46,179 nucleotides of DNA from Octopus bimaculoides (Eukaryota). Location of the stretch: assembly GCF_001194135.2 (NCBI RefSeq), contig NC_068987.1, positions 26,091,407 to 26,137,585 of the forward strand, read 5' to 3'. Made by a program: the position numbers and the translations under genes. Each line of letters opens with the position of its first letter. Position 1 is the first letter of the stretch. Below the pieces are notes generated by a model. It had not been told where the DNA came from, ran no database searches, and saw only the letters and a list, made by a program, of their open reading frames with translations. Positions 36,907-46,179 of this stretch are shown one piece after another.

Positions 36907-37544
36907 GTATAGTAATATCTAATTTATCTAAATTGGCACAAGCTATATATTTGTAAAAGTGTGTAGGTACAAATCATTGAATTTAACCTCTTGTATATGC
37001 TTCATATATAGAGAGATGAAGGACAAATTCAGTCCCTGTATGATTTGAACTAAAGATGTTGAATTAAGGACATACAGAAATATAGCTAGATGATGTGACA
37101 TACTCTGCTGTCACACTATGTTGTTTCTGCTAGTACACTCTTGTGTTAGTCCACTGTCTCACTGCACTATTATACTGCTGTAACATTCCACTATCGTGCT
37201 ACACTTCACTGTTATACTACAGTTGTTGCCAAAAGTTTGGAACATTTTTTAAAATTAAAATTATGCCCAAGTACAATTGGATTCAAATATAATGTAGAGA
37301 TATACTTACTTAATAACTGATCCAATGGTTCATTATCTTCTAGGCATATGAACCCCAATTGAGAAACACTGAATATAAAACTGAAGGAACAAACTGATAT
37401 TATGTTGGTTGTCTTCTACTAAAGTTTGCATTCACAATGTCAGTAATTTGGTTAATTATATATTGTGTCAGTAATTTGGTTAATTAAATCCCCCTCTCTC
37501 TTTCGGAGAGGGACAAGCACATACACAGACATATACACATGCGG

Positions 37545-37655
37545 CAGTAACTTCCACCTACCAAATTCAATCACAAAGCTTCGGTCAGCCCGGAGCTATA
37601 GCAGAAGACACTTGCCCAAGGTGCCACACGGTGGGACTGAACCCGAAACCATGTA
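37545..37655 (-). mobile_element. SINE family A 5' half, degenerate
   Basis: GAAGACACTTGCCCAAGGTGCCACACGGTGGGACTGAACCC. Confidence 0.75.
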
Positions 37656-37936
37656 ACTGGGATGTGTACATATGTAATAGGATGTCTTGTGTATTATATT
37701 CTATACTGATTGTTATGCAGATACATCCAGCTCACAGTTCTCTTGTACTTTTCTATCTGTCTATGTCATTCTCTCTGGATGGATAAATTTACACAAAAGC
37801 AAAAATGTAAAACAGAAACTTCCTTCCTCGCACCCCTTCACAGTGTTAAGTTACTTATTTATGGTTTATTGTCAGTAAAATTCAGATAGCATTGTAATAG
37901 TGAGCAATATGGGAAAAGCATTGAGGATATTCATGG

Positions 37937-38027
37937 CTCACAATTTGCCCAAGGTGCTACACAGTGGGACTGAATCTAAAACCATGTGGTCAGGAAGCAA
38001 GTTTTTTACCACACAGCCATGCCTGTG

Positions 38028-38030
<3 letters not shown>
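37937..38030 (-). mobile_element. SINE family A head followed by (TA)n
   Basis: TTGCCCAAGGTGCTACACAGTGGGACTGAAT...ACCACACAGCCATGCCTGTGCCT. Confidence 0.75.
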
Positions 38031-38092
<62 letters not shown>

Positions 38093-38499
38093 TCACACAT
38101 CAGCAACATTTAACATCCATGGTCTATGTTGGTATGGGTTGGATGGTTTGAAAGTATCTGATAAGTCCAAGGGCTGTATCATGCTCCAGTGTCTGTTGTG
38201 ACATGGTTTCTAATGCTGGATGCCCTCTCTAATGCCAACACATTTTACAGTTGGTTAGTCTGTAAGAACCAGTGGATGAGGAGGTAAGTATAGAGCATGA
38301 TAGGAGGAAATTTGGTTCAGGAGTAAGGGTGAGTCACTGTACATGGGTGAAGAGCACAATATACAATATGCATAGTGCTTCCAGAATTCAGTTTCACTGA
38401 GGAGGGCAGGTATTTTTGCAAACTTCATAATCGTCAGGTAATGCAATATATATATCAGTCCTCCATAGCAGATGTGTTAAGGCCACGCCCCTGTTGAAG

Positions 38500-38785
38500 T
38501 GGACTGGCCTGCAAGAGTCCTTTGCCGGTGCTGCTCATGTATAAAGCACTTATGCCAGTGTCACATAAAAGCACTTGTGCCAGTGACATGTTAAAAGCAC
38601 CCAGTACACACTGTAAGGTGGTTGGCATTAGGAAGGGCATTCAGCTGTAGAAGTGAAGCTAAATCAGACTGGAACCTGGTGCAGCTCTCTGGCTTACCAG
38701 CTCTGGTCAAACTGTCCAACCCATGCCAGCATAGAAAATGGATGTTAAAGGATGATGATGATGACGATGGTAGTGGTGGTGGTGG

Positions 38786-38828
<43 letters not shown>
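38500..38828 (+). mobile_element. RTE-type tail with expanded (GAT)/(GGT) microsatellite
   Basis: AAAGCACCCAGTACACACTGTAAGGTGGTTGGCATTAGGAAGGGC...CCAACCCATGCCAGCAT...(GAT)n. Confidence 0.8.
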
Positions 38829-39042
38829 ACAACAACTGACTTCTTTTAGTTTCTGTCTACTAAAACCACTCATAAAACTTTGGTCAGCTCAGGGCATTAG
38901 CAGAAGACACTTGCCAAAGCTGCACACCCGAAGGAGTGATGCACTATTCAGGAACATTTGGCTTGTGTCCTCTATGAAAGCCGCAAGCTTTCCAGACCTT
39001 CTGAATGAAATTGTTAGACAAAACATTTCAGGAGTCCATCAC

Positions 39043-39079
<37 letters not shown>

Positions 39080-39515
39080 TGTGTGTGTGTGTCCCTGACT
39101 GGACGTGTCTATTTGAATGTTGCCTTTGTCTTGGCATTTGTGCACTGGTTCAGAACAAAGTCATTGTTCATATAAACTGAGTCCTTTGTTTACAATCATA
39201 CAATTGCAATCTCCTGCAAAAATATTCCAGGCCATCGTGCTGCCTTTTGTTCTGTGAAAGAGGGGAAAATATTGTTTTGTTTGGAAGCAGATGAGGGTTA
39301 TCAACAGTGCATGCAAGCATAGAAAAAGATGACCATTAAGATGTCACAGCTGCCACCACAACTATGGCTGTCACTGACATAGCCTGTGTGACAAAACACA
39401 ACAACACAAATGTATATATTGTAAAGCATCCCCCTACTAGAACCCTGCCATCTTTCTCTATACTGTTGGTTATTCTATGGAAAATATTAATAACTGGAGC
39501 TGCTTACATTTTCAG

Positions 39516-39635
39516 GAAAACCTTGAAGTGCGTGTTTCGAGAATTTTCAATACTTTTGGTCCCCGGATGCACATGAATGATGGCCGTGTTGTGAGCAACT
39601 TTATTTTGCAAGCTCTCCAGAACGAACCTATTACG
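39516..39635 (+). CDS. UXS1: UXS1 exon [40 protein letters not shown]
   Basis: tttcag/gtatgt boundaries; [10 protein letters not shown] and DGRVVSNF signatures; 120 nt, phase 0-0. Confidence 0.98.
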
Positions 39636-40003
39636 GTATGTCTTATAACACAATATGTTTTAACATGTTCCTGTCCGTGTGTGTGAATATGTGTTTGCTT
39701 ATTTGTTGTTATATATTTGGACAGAATATAATGCACAGAATAATACACACATACATGCATACATATACATGCAGCATGCACACACAGTCACACATGTACA
39801 CACAAGCAGACAAATACAAATGTATATGAGACCCACTGTGTGTGTGTGTGTGTGAGTATGTGTACACACACACATGATTCCTTTAGCAGTTTACATTTCT
39901 TCTCCAAATTATATTGCCACTTTGGAGTAATTGTACAAATTTTCCTGTATTCATTTTGGCTCAAGTGTTTTATTCTCATTCTTTCATGTCTTTATCTTAT
40001 AAG

Positions 40004-40166
40004 GTATATGGTGATGGTACACAGACCAGATCGTTCCAGTATGTTAGTGATTTGGTAGATGGGCTTATTGCTTTAATGAACAGCAATTACTCTCAGCCAG
40101 TAAACATTGGCAACCCCGAAGAACATTCTGTTATGGAGTTTGCCAAAATTATTAAGAGCCTTGTTG
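40004..40166 (+). CDS. UXS1: UXS1 exon VYGDGTQTRSFQYVSDLVDGL...EFAKIIKSLV
   Basis: ttataag/gtatgt boundaries; QTRSFQYVSDLVDGL and NIGNPEE signatures. Confidence 0.98.
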
Positions 40167-40585
40167 GTATGTTTGACTTTGATTTATCTTAATTTTTTTT
40201 CTATTTTATTTTGTTGATTGATTTCTTGTTATTGTTAGTTATCTCACCACTTTAACCTGCAAGTGAACCTTGATCTAGAAGTGGTGTTTGAAACATAAAT
40301 TAACTCAAACTTTTGACAGCTTTTCATTTAGATCACTGTAAACAAGAGGTTTCTGTCATTGGATTAGGGTCATTGATATCAAAAAGCGTAATTATTTTTT
40401 TGTTAGATTCTACTTTAAACATGTTTAACATGTCTTTTACATGTCTACTCAATAAAGTATTTCTTTTGTTTCGGTCATGTATATATGCAGATATGTATTC
40501 ACATTGTTGACAGTGAGAGAGAAGAGAAAACTAGTGTACAACCTACTTGACAGAAATCTTAATTTTTAGCTTATCTGTTTCTCAG

Positions 40586-40689
40586 GTGGTGACAGCAAGA
40601 TAGTCAATAGACCGGCCATGCAGGATGATCCACAGAGGCGGCGACCAAATATTTCAAAAGCTTTAAAATATCTGAACTGGAAACCTAGA
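40586..40689 (+). CDS. UXS1: UXS1 exon (G)GDSKIVNRPAMQDDPQRRRPNISKALKYLNWKPR
   Basis: ctcag/gtaag boundaries; DDPQRRRPxI signature. Confidence 0.96.
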
Positions 40690-40905
40690 GTAAGAACTCT
40701 TATATTTACTCTCTCAATAACAATCATAACCCTTTCTATTATAGGCACTAAGCTTGAAATTTTGAAGGATGGAGACACGTTTTAATCCTATTGTTGTGCA
40801 AACTGGATATATCCACTCAAACTTTTATTACCCTTAACTATGGAAAGCAGCTTTATAAAGTAATCTATGTTTTGTGGAATGTCATGTTTGAAACTATTTT
40901 TTGTT

Positions 40906-41190
40906 GAGGTGGCTGAGTTCCTTTTGAGTGTTTGGCCTCATGAAGGTGAGGCTGCTGAGTTCTTTTTGAGTGGGCCTCACGAAGGTGAGGTGGCTGAGTT
41001 CCATTCGAGTGGACCTCACGAAGGCGTGGTGGCTGAGTTCCTTTCGAGTGGGCCTCACGAAGGCAAGGTGGCTGAGTTCCTTTTGAGTGGGCCTCACGAA
41101 GGCGTGGTGGCTGAGTTCCTTTTGAGTGTTGGGCCTAATGGAGGCAATGTGGCCAAACTCCATTTGAGTGCTGGGCTTCACGGAGGCAAT
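40906..41190 (+). repeat. 39/42-bp minisatellite, about 7 units
   Basis: Unit GAGGTGGCTGAGTTCCTTTTGAGTGGGCCTCACGAAGGC; explains the EVAEFLLSGPHEG ORF. Confidence 0.93.
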
Positions 41191-41446
41191 GTCCAAGATC
41201 TTTGGCATTATGTTATGTTTGAGAAGAAGACCCATGAAACCCAGCAAAATCGCAGTCGTGGCAGTTACCGGTATCATGTAAAAGCACCCATTACACTCTC
41301 AGAGTGGTTGGCATTAGGAAGGGCATCCAGCTGTAGAAAAGTATGCCAAACCAGACTGGATCCTGGCGCAGCCTCCCAGTGTGCCAGTCCAGTCAAACCG
41401 TCTAACCCATGCTAACATGGGTAACTGATGTTAAATGATGATGATG
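41130..41446 (+). mobile_element. RTE-LINE 3' end (last codons plus tail)
   Basis: GGGCTTCACGGAGGCAATG...GATCTTTGGC...TGAGAAGA...CATGTAAAAGCACC...(GAT)n; similar to 2760-2850 and 3050-3220. Confidence 0.8.
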
Positions 41447-41841
41447 TATATCAAGTTTATTATGAGGTAACATAACTTGCAGAAAATACCAATTTTATGT
41501 TTTAGTGCATAATTAACACCATAATTACAAGAATAATCATGAAATTTAATTTCACAGTTATTGGGATTAATTTCTCGAAAGGATTCCAACAGTAATTCAA
41601 GAATATTATATAAGCTGTTTTAGAATACTGAGTTTGTATCCATCTCTGGCACGTTTCCTCCTGCATATGTGTCTGTATCTATTACTTGAGTTAATGCTCT
41701 TTGAAAAGGCATAAGTATCACAATTTCCATTCGCTTTTACTGTATTAGGTTACGATAACGAGTCACTCATTGATGGATACTTCTGATAGAAAAAGGGTTG
41801 AGAATGAAAGCAGTTGATTCTATATATTGTAATAGCACAGG

Positions 41842-42165
41842 GTGGAGGCGCAATGGCCCAGTGGTTAGGGCAGCGGACTCGCGGTCATAGGATCGCGGTT
41901 TCGATTCCCAGATCGGTCGTTGTGAGTGTTTATTGAGCAAAAACACCTAAAGCTCCACGAGGCTCCGGCAGGGTATGGTGGCGAACCCTGCTGTACTCTT
42001 TCACCACAACTTTCTCTCACTCTTACTTCCTGTTTCTATTGTACCTGTATTTCAAAGGGACCAGCCTTGTCACACTGTGTCACGCTGAATATCCCCGAGA
42101 ACTACGTTAAGGGTACACGTGTCTGTGGAGTGCTCAGCCACTTGCACATTAATTTCACGAGCAGG
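41842..42165 (+). mobile_element. SINE family B, running into a gap
   Basis: Near-exact reverse complement of 11816-12137. Confidence 0.93.
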
Positions 42166-42649
42166 NNNNNNNNNNNNNNNNNNNNNNNNNNNNNNNNNNN
42201 NNNNNNNNNNNNNNNNNNNNNNNNNNNNNNNNNNNNNNNNNNNNNNNNNNNNNNNNNNNNNNNNNNNNNNNNNNNNNNNNNNNNNNNNNNNNNNNNNNNN
42301 NNNNNNNNNNNNNNNNNNNNNNNNNNNNNNNNNNNNNNNNNNNNNNNNNNNNNNNNNNNNNNNNNNNNNNNNNNNNNNNNNNNNNNNNNNNNNNNNNNNN
42401 NNNNNNNNNNNNNNNNNNNNNNNNNNNNNNNNNNNNNNNNNNNNNNNNNNNNNNNNNNNNNNNNNNNNNNNNNNNNNNNNNNNNNNNNNNNNNNNNNNNN
42501 NNNNNNNNNNNNNNNNNNNNNNNNNNNNNNNNNNNNNNNNNNNNNNNNNNNNNNNNNNNNNNNNNNNNNNNNNNNNNNNNNNNNNNNNNNNNNNNNNNNN
42601 NNNNNNNNNNNNNNNNNNNNNNNNNNNNNNNNNNNNNNNNNNNNNNNNN

Positions 42650-42723
42650 AACAAAATCTGTAAGCTACAGGATAATGCTGGATTAATTCAAAACAATGTG
42701 AATGAATAGCCGTTAAGGGTTAA
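42650..42723. mobile_element. Right end of the TTAA MITE family
   Basis: GATAATGC...ATTAATTCAAAACAATGTGAAT...AAGGGTTAA. Confidence 0.65.
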
Positions 42724-42810
42724 TATAATCAACTGAACTCTTGAAGGTGGACACTGCAATAAACCCAAGAATATAGTTTTCTAGTTTCTAATTTGAATTA
42801 GTAAATATAG

Positions 42811-43209
42811 ATGTAGGCATGGCTGTGTAGTTAGAAGTTTGCCTTCTAACCACATAATTCCATGTTCAGTCCCACTGTGTGGCACCTTGCACAAGTGTTG
42901 TCTACTATGGGTCAGGCTGACCAAAGCCTTGTGAGTGGATTTGGTAGATGGAAACTAAAAGAAGCCTGTTGCACATATATATAATCTGTGCGTTTGTGTT
43001 TGTGTTTGTCCCCCACCATTGCTTGACAACTGTTGTTGGTGTGTTTACATCCCTGTAACTTAGTGGTTTGGCAAAATAGATGGATAGAATAGGTGCCAGG
43101 CTTAAAAAGAAAATAAGTCCTGGGGTTGATTAGTTTGACTAAAATTCATCAAGGCGGTGCTCCAGCATGGCCATAATCTTAATGACTGGAACAAGTAAAA
43201 GACAAAAGT
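42811..43209 (+). mobile_element. SINE family A, full length, older copy
   Basis: GTAGGCATGGCTGTGTAG...GTTCAGTCCC...GGCGGTGCTCCAGCATGGCC...ACAAGTAAAAGACAAAAG. Confidence 0.9.
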
Positions 43210-43316
43210 TGCAATAATTTGATTTATGAGTAAAATAATAATTTATTAATTTTTTTTTCTTTTTTCTTTTTTCTTTTTGCACGATAATAAAAGTTATTTT
43301 AATTTTCTCATTTCAG

Positions 43317-43421
43317 ATTCCAATGATTGCCGGAATTAACCGCACCATTGAATATTTTCGTAATGAACTCAGTCGCTCTCAGCATAGTCAACGGAATTTT
43401 CATCCACCAGATCTTGTGTGA
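43317..43421 (+). CDS. UXS1: UXS1 terminal coding exon IPMIAGINRTIEYFRNELSRSQHSQRNFHPPDLV*
   Basis: tttcag acceptor after a long polypyrimidine tract; GxNRTIEYFRxEL resembles the UXS1 C-terminal helix; TGA at 43419-43421 followed by TAA. Confidence 0.9.
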   Translation: MPMIAGINRTIEYFRNELSRSQHSQRNFHPPDLV

Positions 43422-43434
43422 TAATTTGAACTGA

Positions 43435-43660
43435 GTGCAGTCACTGACAAAACTTTATACAGTGATGTCATTGAAATCACTGATCAGACATTTAATGTTG
43501 GTGTAACTGCAGTTCTTCATCAGACATTACGTGTCTGTATGACAGCAGTACTTCATCAGACATTTTACAATACCATCATCCATATGGCATCAGATATTTT
43601 ACTGTGGTGATACTGTAATGAAACCAGACTTTGTACAGTGATATCACAGCAGTGACACTA
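43435..43660 (+). repeat. Degenerate ~36-bp tandem repeat in the presumed UXS1 3' UTR
   Basis: Recurring (C)ATCAGACATTT/CAGACTTT cores about 36 bp apart, e.g. GCAGTTCTTCATCAGACATT and GCAGTACTTCATCAGACATT. Confidence 0.75.
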
Positions 43661-43959
43661 TTGGATATTCTATGTTGATATTACTCTGATACCACCAGAT
43701 GTTCTCAGATGGTGTTATTATAGTCATTTTATTTTGTTTCTCTAGTTCATAATAACTTATTCTAAACTAAAAAACAAACAAAACAAAACAAAAAATTGAC
43801 ATTTTCTCTTATTCTTTAAATTATTATTCATTTTTTTTTATTTGACCTCAAATGAACTATTTTTTTGTTTACTATCATTTTTTCCTTTTTTTGTTGTCTA
43901 ATTTGAAGTTGTGTTTGCAGTGTTTAGTTTGTTTGTCATTTCATCACACACACACACAC

Positions 43960-43991
<32 letters not shown>

Positions 43992-44179
43992 NNNNNNNNN
44001 NNNNNNNNNNNNNNNNNNNNNNNNNNNNNNNNNNNNNNNNNNNNNNNNNNNNNNNNNNNNNNNNNNNNNNNNNNNNNNNNNNNNNNNNNNNNNNNNNNNN
44101 NNNNNNNNNNNNNNNNNNNNNNNNNNNNNNNNNNNNNNNNNNNNNNNNNNNNNNNNNNNNNNNNNNNNNNNNNNNNNNN

Positions 44180-44258
<79 letters not shown>

Positions 44259-44399
44259 GCACATAGAGAGAAAGAGGTAGGTTGATATAAATTATATATA
44301 TATTGATATATAAAGGTAATTAATACAGAAGAAAATGATACAAAGTTAACATTACTGGTGGTCTGTTGTAAACCTTATATGACATCTCTTTACATGAAT

Positions 44400-44688
44400 G
44401 TTGAAAGATGGGAGGACATGGCTGATGATTTGCTCTCAGTGGAAATTGGAACTAGACTGGGGTTTTAAAAAGATGAGGCGAGAGACTGAAACATGTTGAC
44501 GAAGAGAAATCAGGATCGACAGAAAAGCAGTACCGGTACACTGCCTTTAGATGAAGTCATTGCATACTGCATCTGAGACTCTTATTCATGTGTGGATCTC
44601 TGTAATCACAACTGACACTGCTCTGCCGACAAGACCAAATCCAAGACCTTCCAAGTGCAGTTCCATAGCCTCACGGATGCCTTCAAAT
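44400..44688 (+). mobile_element. Highly decayed 3' end of a second (BovB-like) RTE family
   Basis: With frameshifts: ERWEDMADD..SQWKLEL...RLKHVDEEK... C..*DSYSCVDLCNHN*HCS (C2H2-like C-terminus) and a CCATAGCCTCACGGATGCC-type end. Confidence 0.55.
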
Positions 44689-46179
44689 ACATGTGTGTGT
44701 ATTCTTTTTAATATTTTGAAGAAATAACAGTGTGACTCAAGGGTCAAGAGTTTCATGCATTGGCACTTATCAAACTTTTGATAAGTGCCAATGCTCAAAA
44801 CTCTCGGCTCTTGTGTTACTCTTTTCTTTCTGATAAATATTAATAAAGATATACCCATGTTTTGAATCCTATTTTTCCTCTGTGTATCACCATACCTACA
44901 TGTGTGTCTGTGTGTATACATGTGTGTGTGTGTATAAATTTTATTTTTTGGTTTTGAGTTATCTCACAGATGCTCTGAAATGCATCATCAACGATGTTTC
45001 TGGAAGTTTTCAAATCAGAACCCTTTTCGTGCTCAGTTGACTCTGCTGGGGTGGATCAAGTCCTAGTCTGCATTCCATTAGCAACAAACTACTGGTCTGC
45101 TCTTTTTATCCAAAGCCACCTCATAACTTTCTCTGTAGCTTCAATGATGGAATTGCTGCACCAGTAACTCTAAATCCTGTCAGAGCTTAGCAGAGTGAAT
45201 ATTCTACAAATCCCAGCACTCTACTTCAGTTGGCTGGCACTTTGCTAGACAGCTTCAAAGTGTTTGGTCTCAGGAAGGGCAGGTTAAATGATGGCCACGC
45301 AACCTCAATTTTAATCCTAATCCATCAAATTAGGTTACTTCATGTAAAGAGTGTTGTCCCTGTGTTCATACTCTACTGAATGAAAACTGAACTACTAGCT
45401 CATGCTAAATCCCAACCCAATATGTGAGGTACTTCCTGCATAAGTAACTGAATGTTGCTGAAAATTCTGTCATGGCCTGACACTAATGAGGTGCCAGCAC
45501 CCTGCTGACATCTTGTCTGATCATGCAGGTCTAAAAATAGAGAAAATAGCTGGTGCTGCTCCAACAACATTAATACTACATGACCTATGCTGACCGACAG
45601 AAGCCTAAACACCTGGAAGACATCTTGAGTTACTCTCCAAACCCGACACTGATCCTAGCAATTGATGACATAGATGTATCCTATGCATCTATGAAACTTT
45701 CAAAGCATGTGGAGCTGAGTCAAACTGTTATGGTGTATGTATATATGTTATTTTATTTTTATAATTACAGTATAGAATCACTCTAATTACATTGCTCTGT
45801 ATTCCAGATGAACTTCAGCAAAAATCTATATTAAACAGGATCAAATCTACATGACATTCAGATATACCCTGGCCAATTGCAACAACTTCTATACAACTGG
45901 TGTGAATCTGTATTTAAGCTCCTTTCATAAATAGAGTTGTTCTGATGAACTTGAGATAAGCCTGATGATTTTAGAGCCAGTAGTAGTATAGATTTGATCC
46001 ATTTAAGTTTGAATTTTTACTGGAGTTTTTCTTAAGCTCAGAGTAATGTTCCTACTGAATTCATGCTGTAATTATTAAAATGTTTAAATTGATTTTTAAA
46101 TGTTGAGTGCTCCCTTAATTGTTTTATGGCACTTGCTCAACCATCCCACTTTCGCTTTCTCTGATTAATGTTCTTTCTT

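Noticed and set aside
34525-40003. AAG 3' splice sites at 34527 and 40003 as unusual splicing
   Set aside because: AAG acceptors are uncommon but canonical, and the frames and motifs join correctly.
40867-41415. 182-aa repeat-protein ORF (EVAEFLLSGPHEG)n
   Set aside because: It is the translation of an intronic 39-bp minisatellite derived from a LINE; the opposite strand is equally open.
41842-41915. tRNA gene (A/B-box-like sequence); similarly the heads at 16789 and 12060-12137
   Set aside because: These are heads of multi-copy SINEs with body, tail and (for 11751-12137) a TSD; no full cloverleaf or acceptor stem is supported.

Overview
AT-rich, gap-containing eukaryotic draft scaffold. 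The repeat content (tRNA-derived SINEs, RTE-LINE tails ending in (GAT)n, long (TA)n/(CA)n runs) looks like an octopus/coleoid cephalopod genome; this is pattern recognition, not a search result. The window holds one recognisable gene, UDP-glucuronate decarboxylase / UDP-xylose synthase (UXS1), on the + strand. Nine exons (29582-43421) are traced with GT-AG boundaries, consistent phases and intact GGAGFVG, STSEVYG and YDEGK motifs. Two further exons (9872-10025, 10118-10181) probably encode the membrane anchor and stem, ahead of a 19.4 kb intron. The joined CDS is 1236 nt (411 aa; human UXS1 is 420 aa). The rest is intronic or intergenic DNA full of decayed RTE LINEs, at least three SINE families, mariner/maT relics, a piggyBac-like TTAA MITE and microsatellites. 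Most long ORFs in the supplied track are artefacts of microsatellites or N-gaps. The most interesting observations are: (1) a chain of two uORFs linked to the probable start codon by AUGA stop/start overlaps; (2) an open 12-aa-repeat frame just behind the TGA-TAA stop; (3) a PHD-type C4HC3 finger inside the RTE reverse transcriptase; (4) a mariner family built from two convergent 5' ends; (5) a minisatellite born from a LINE C-terminus; (6) an intronic 22-bp hairpin; (7) inverted SINE pairs flanking exon blocks. No clearly novel multi-gene system is supported.
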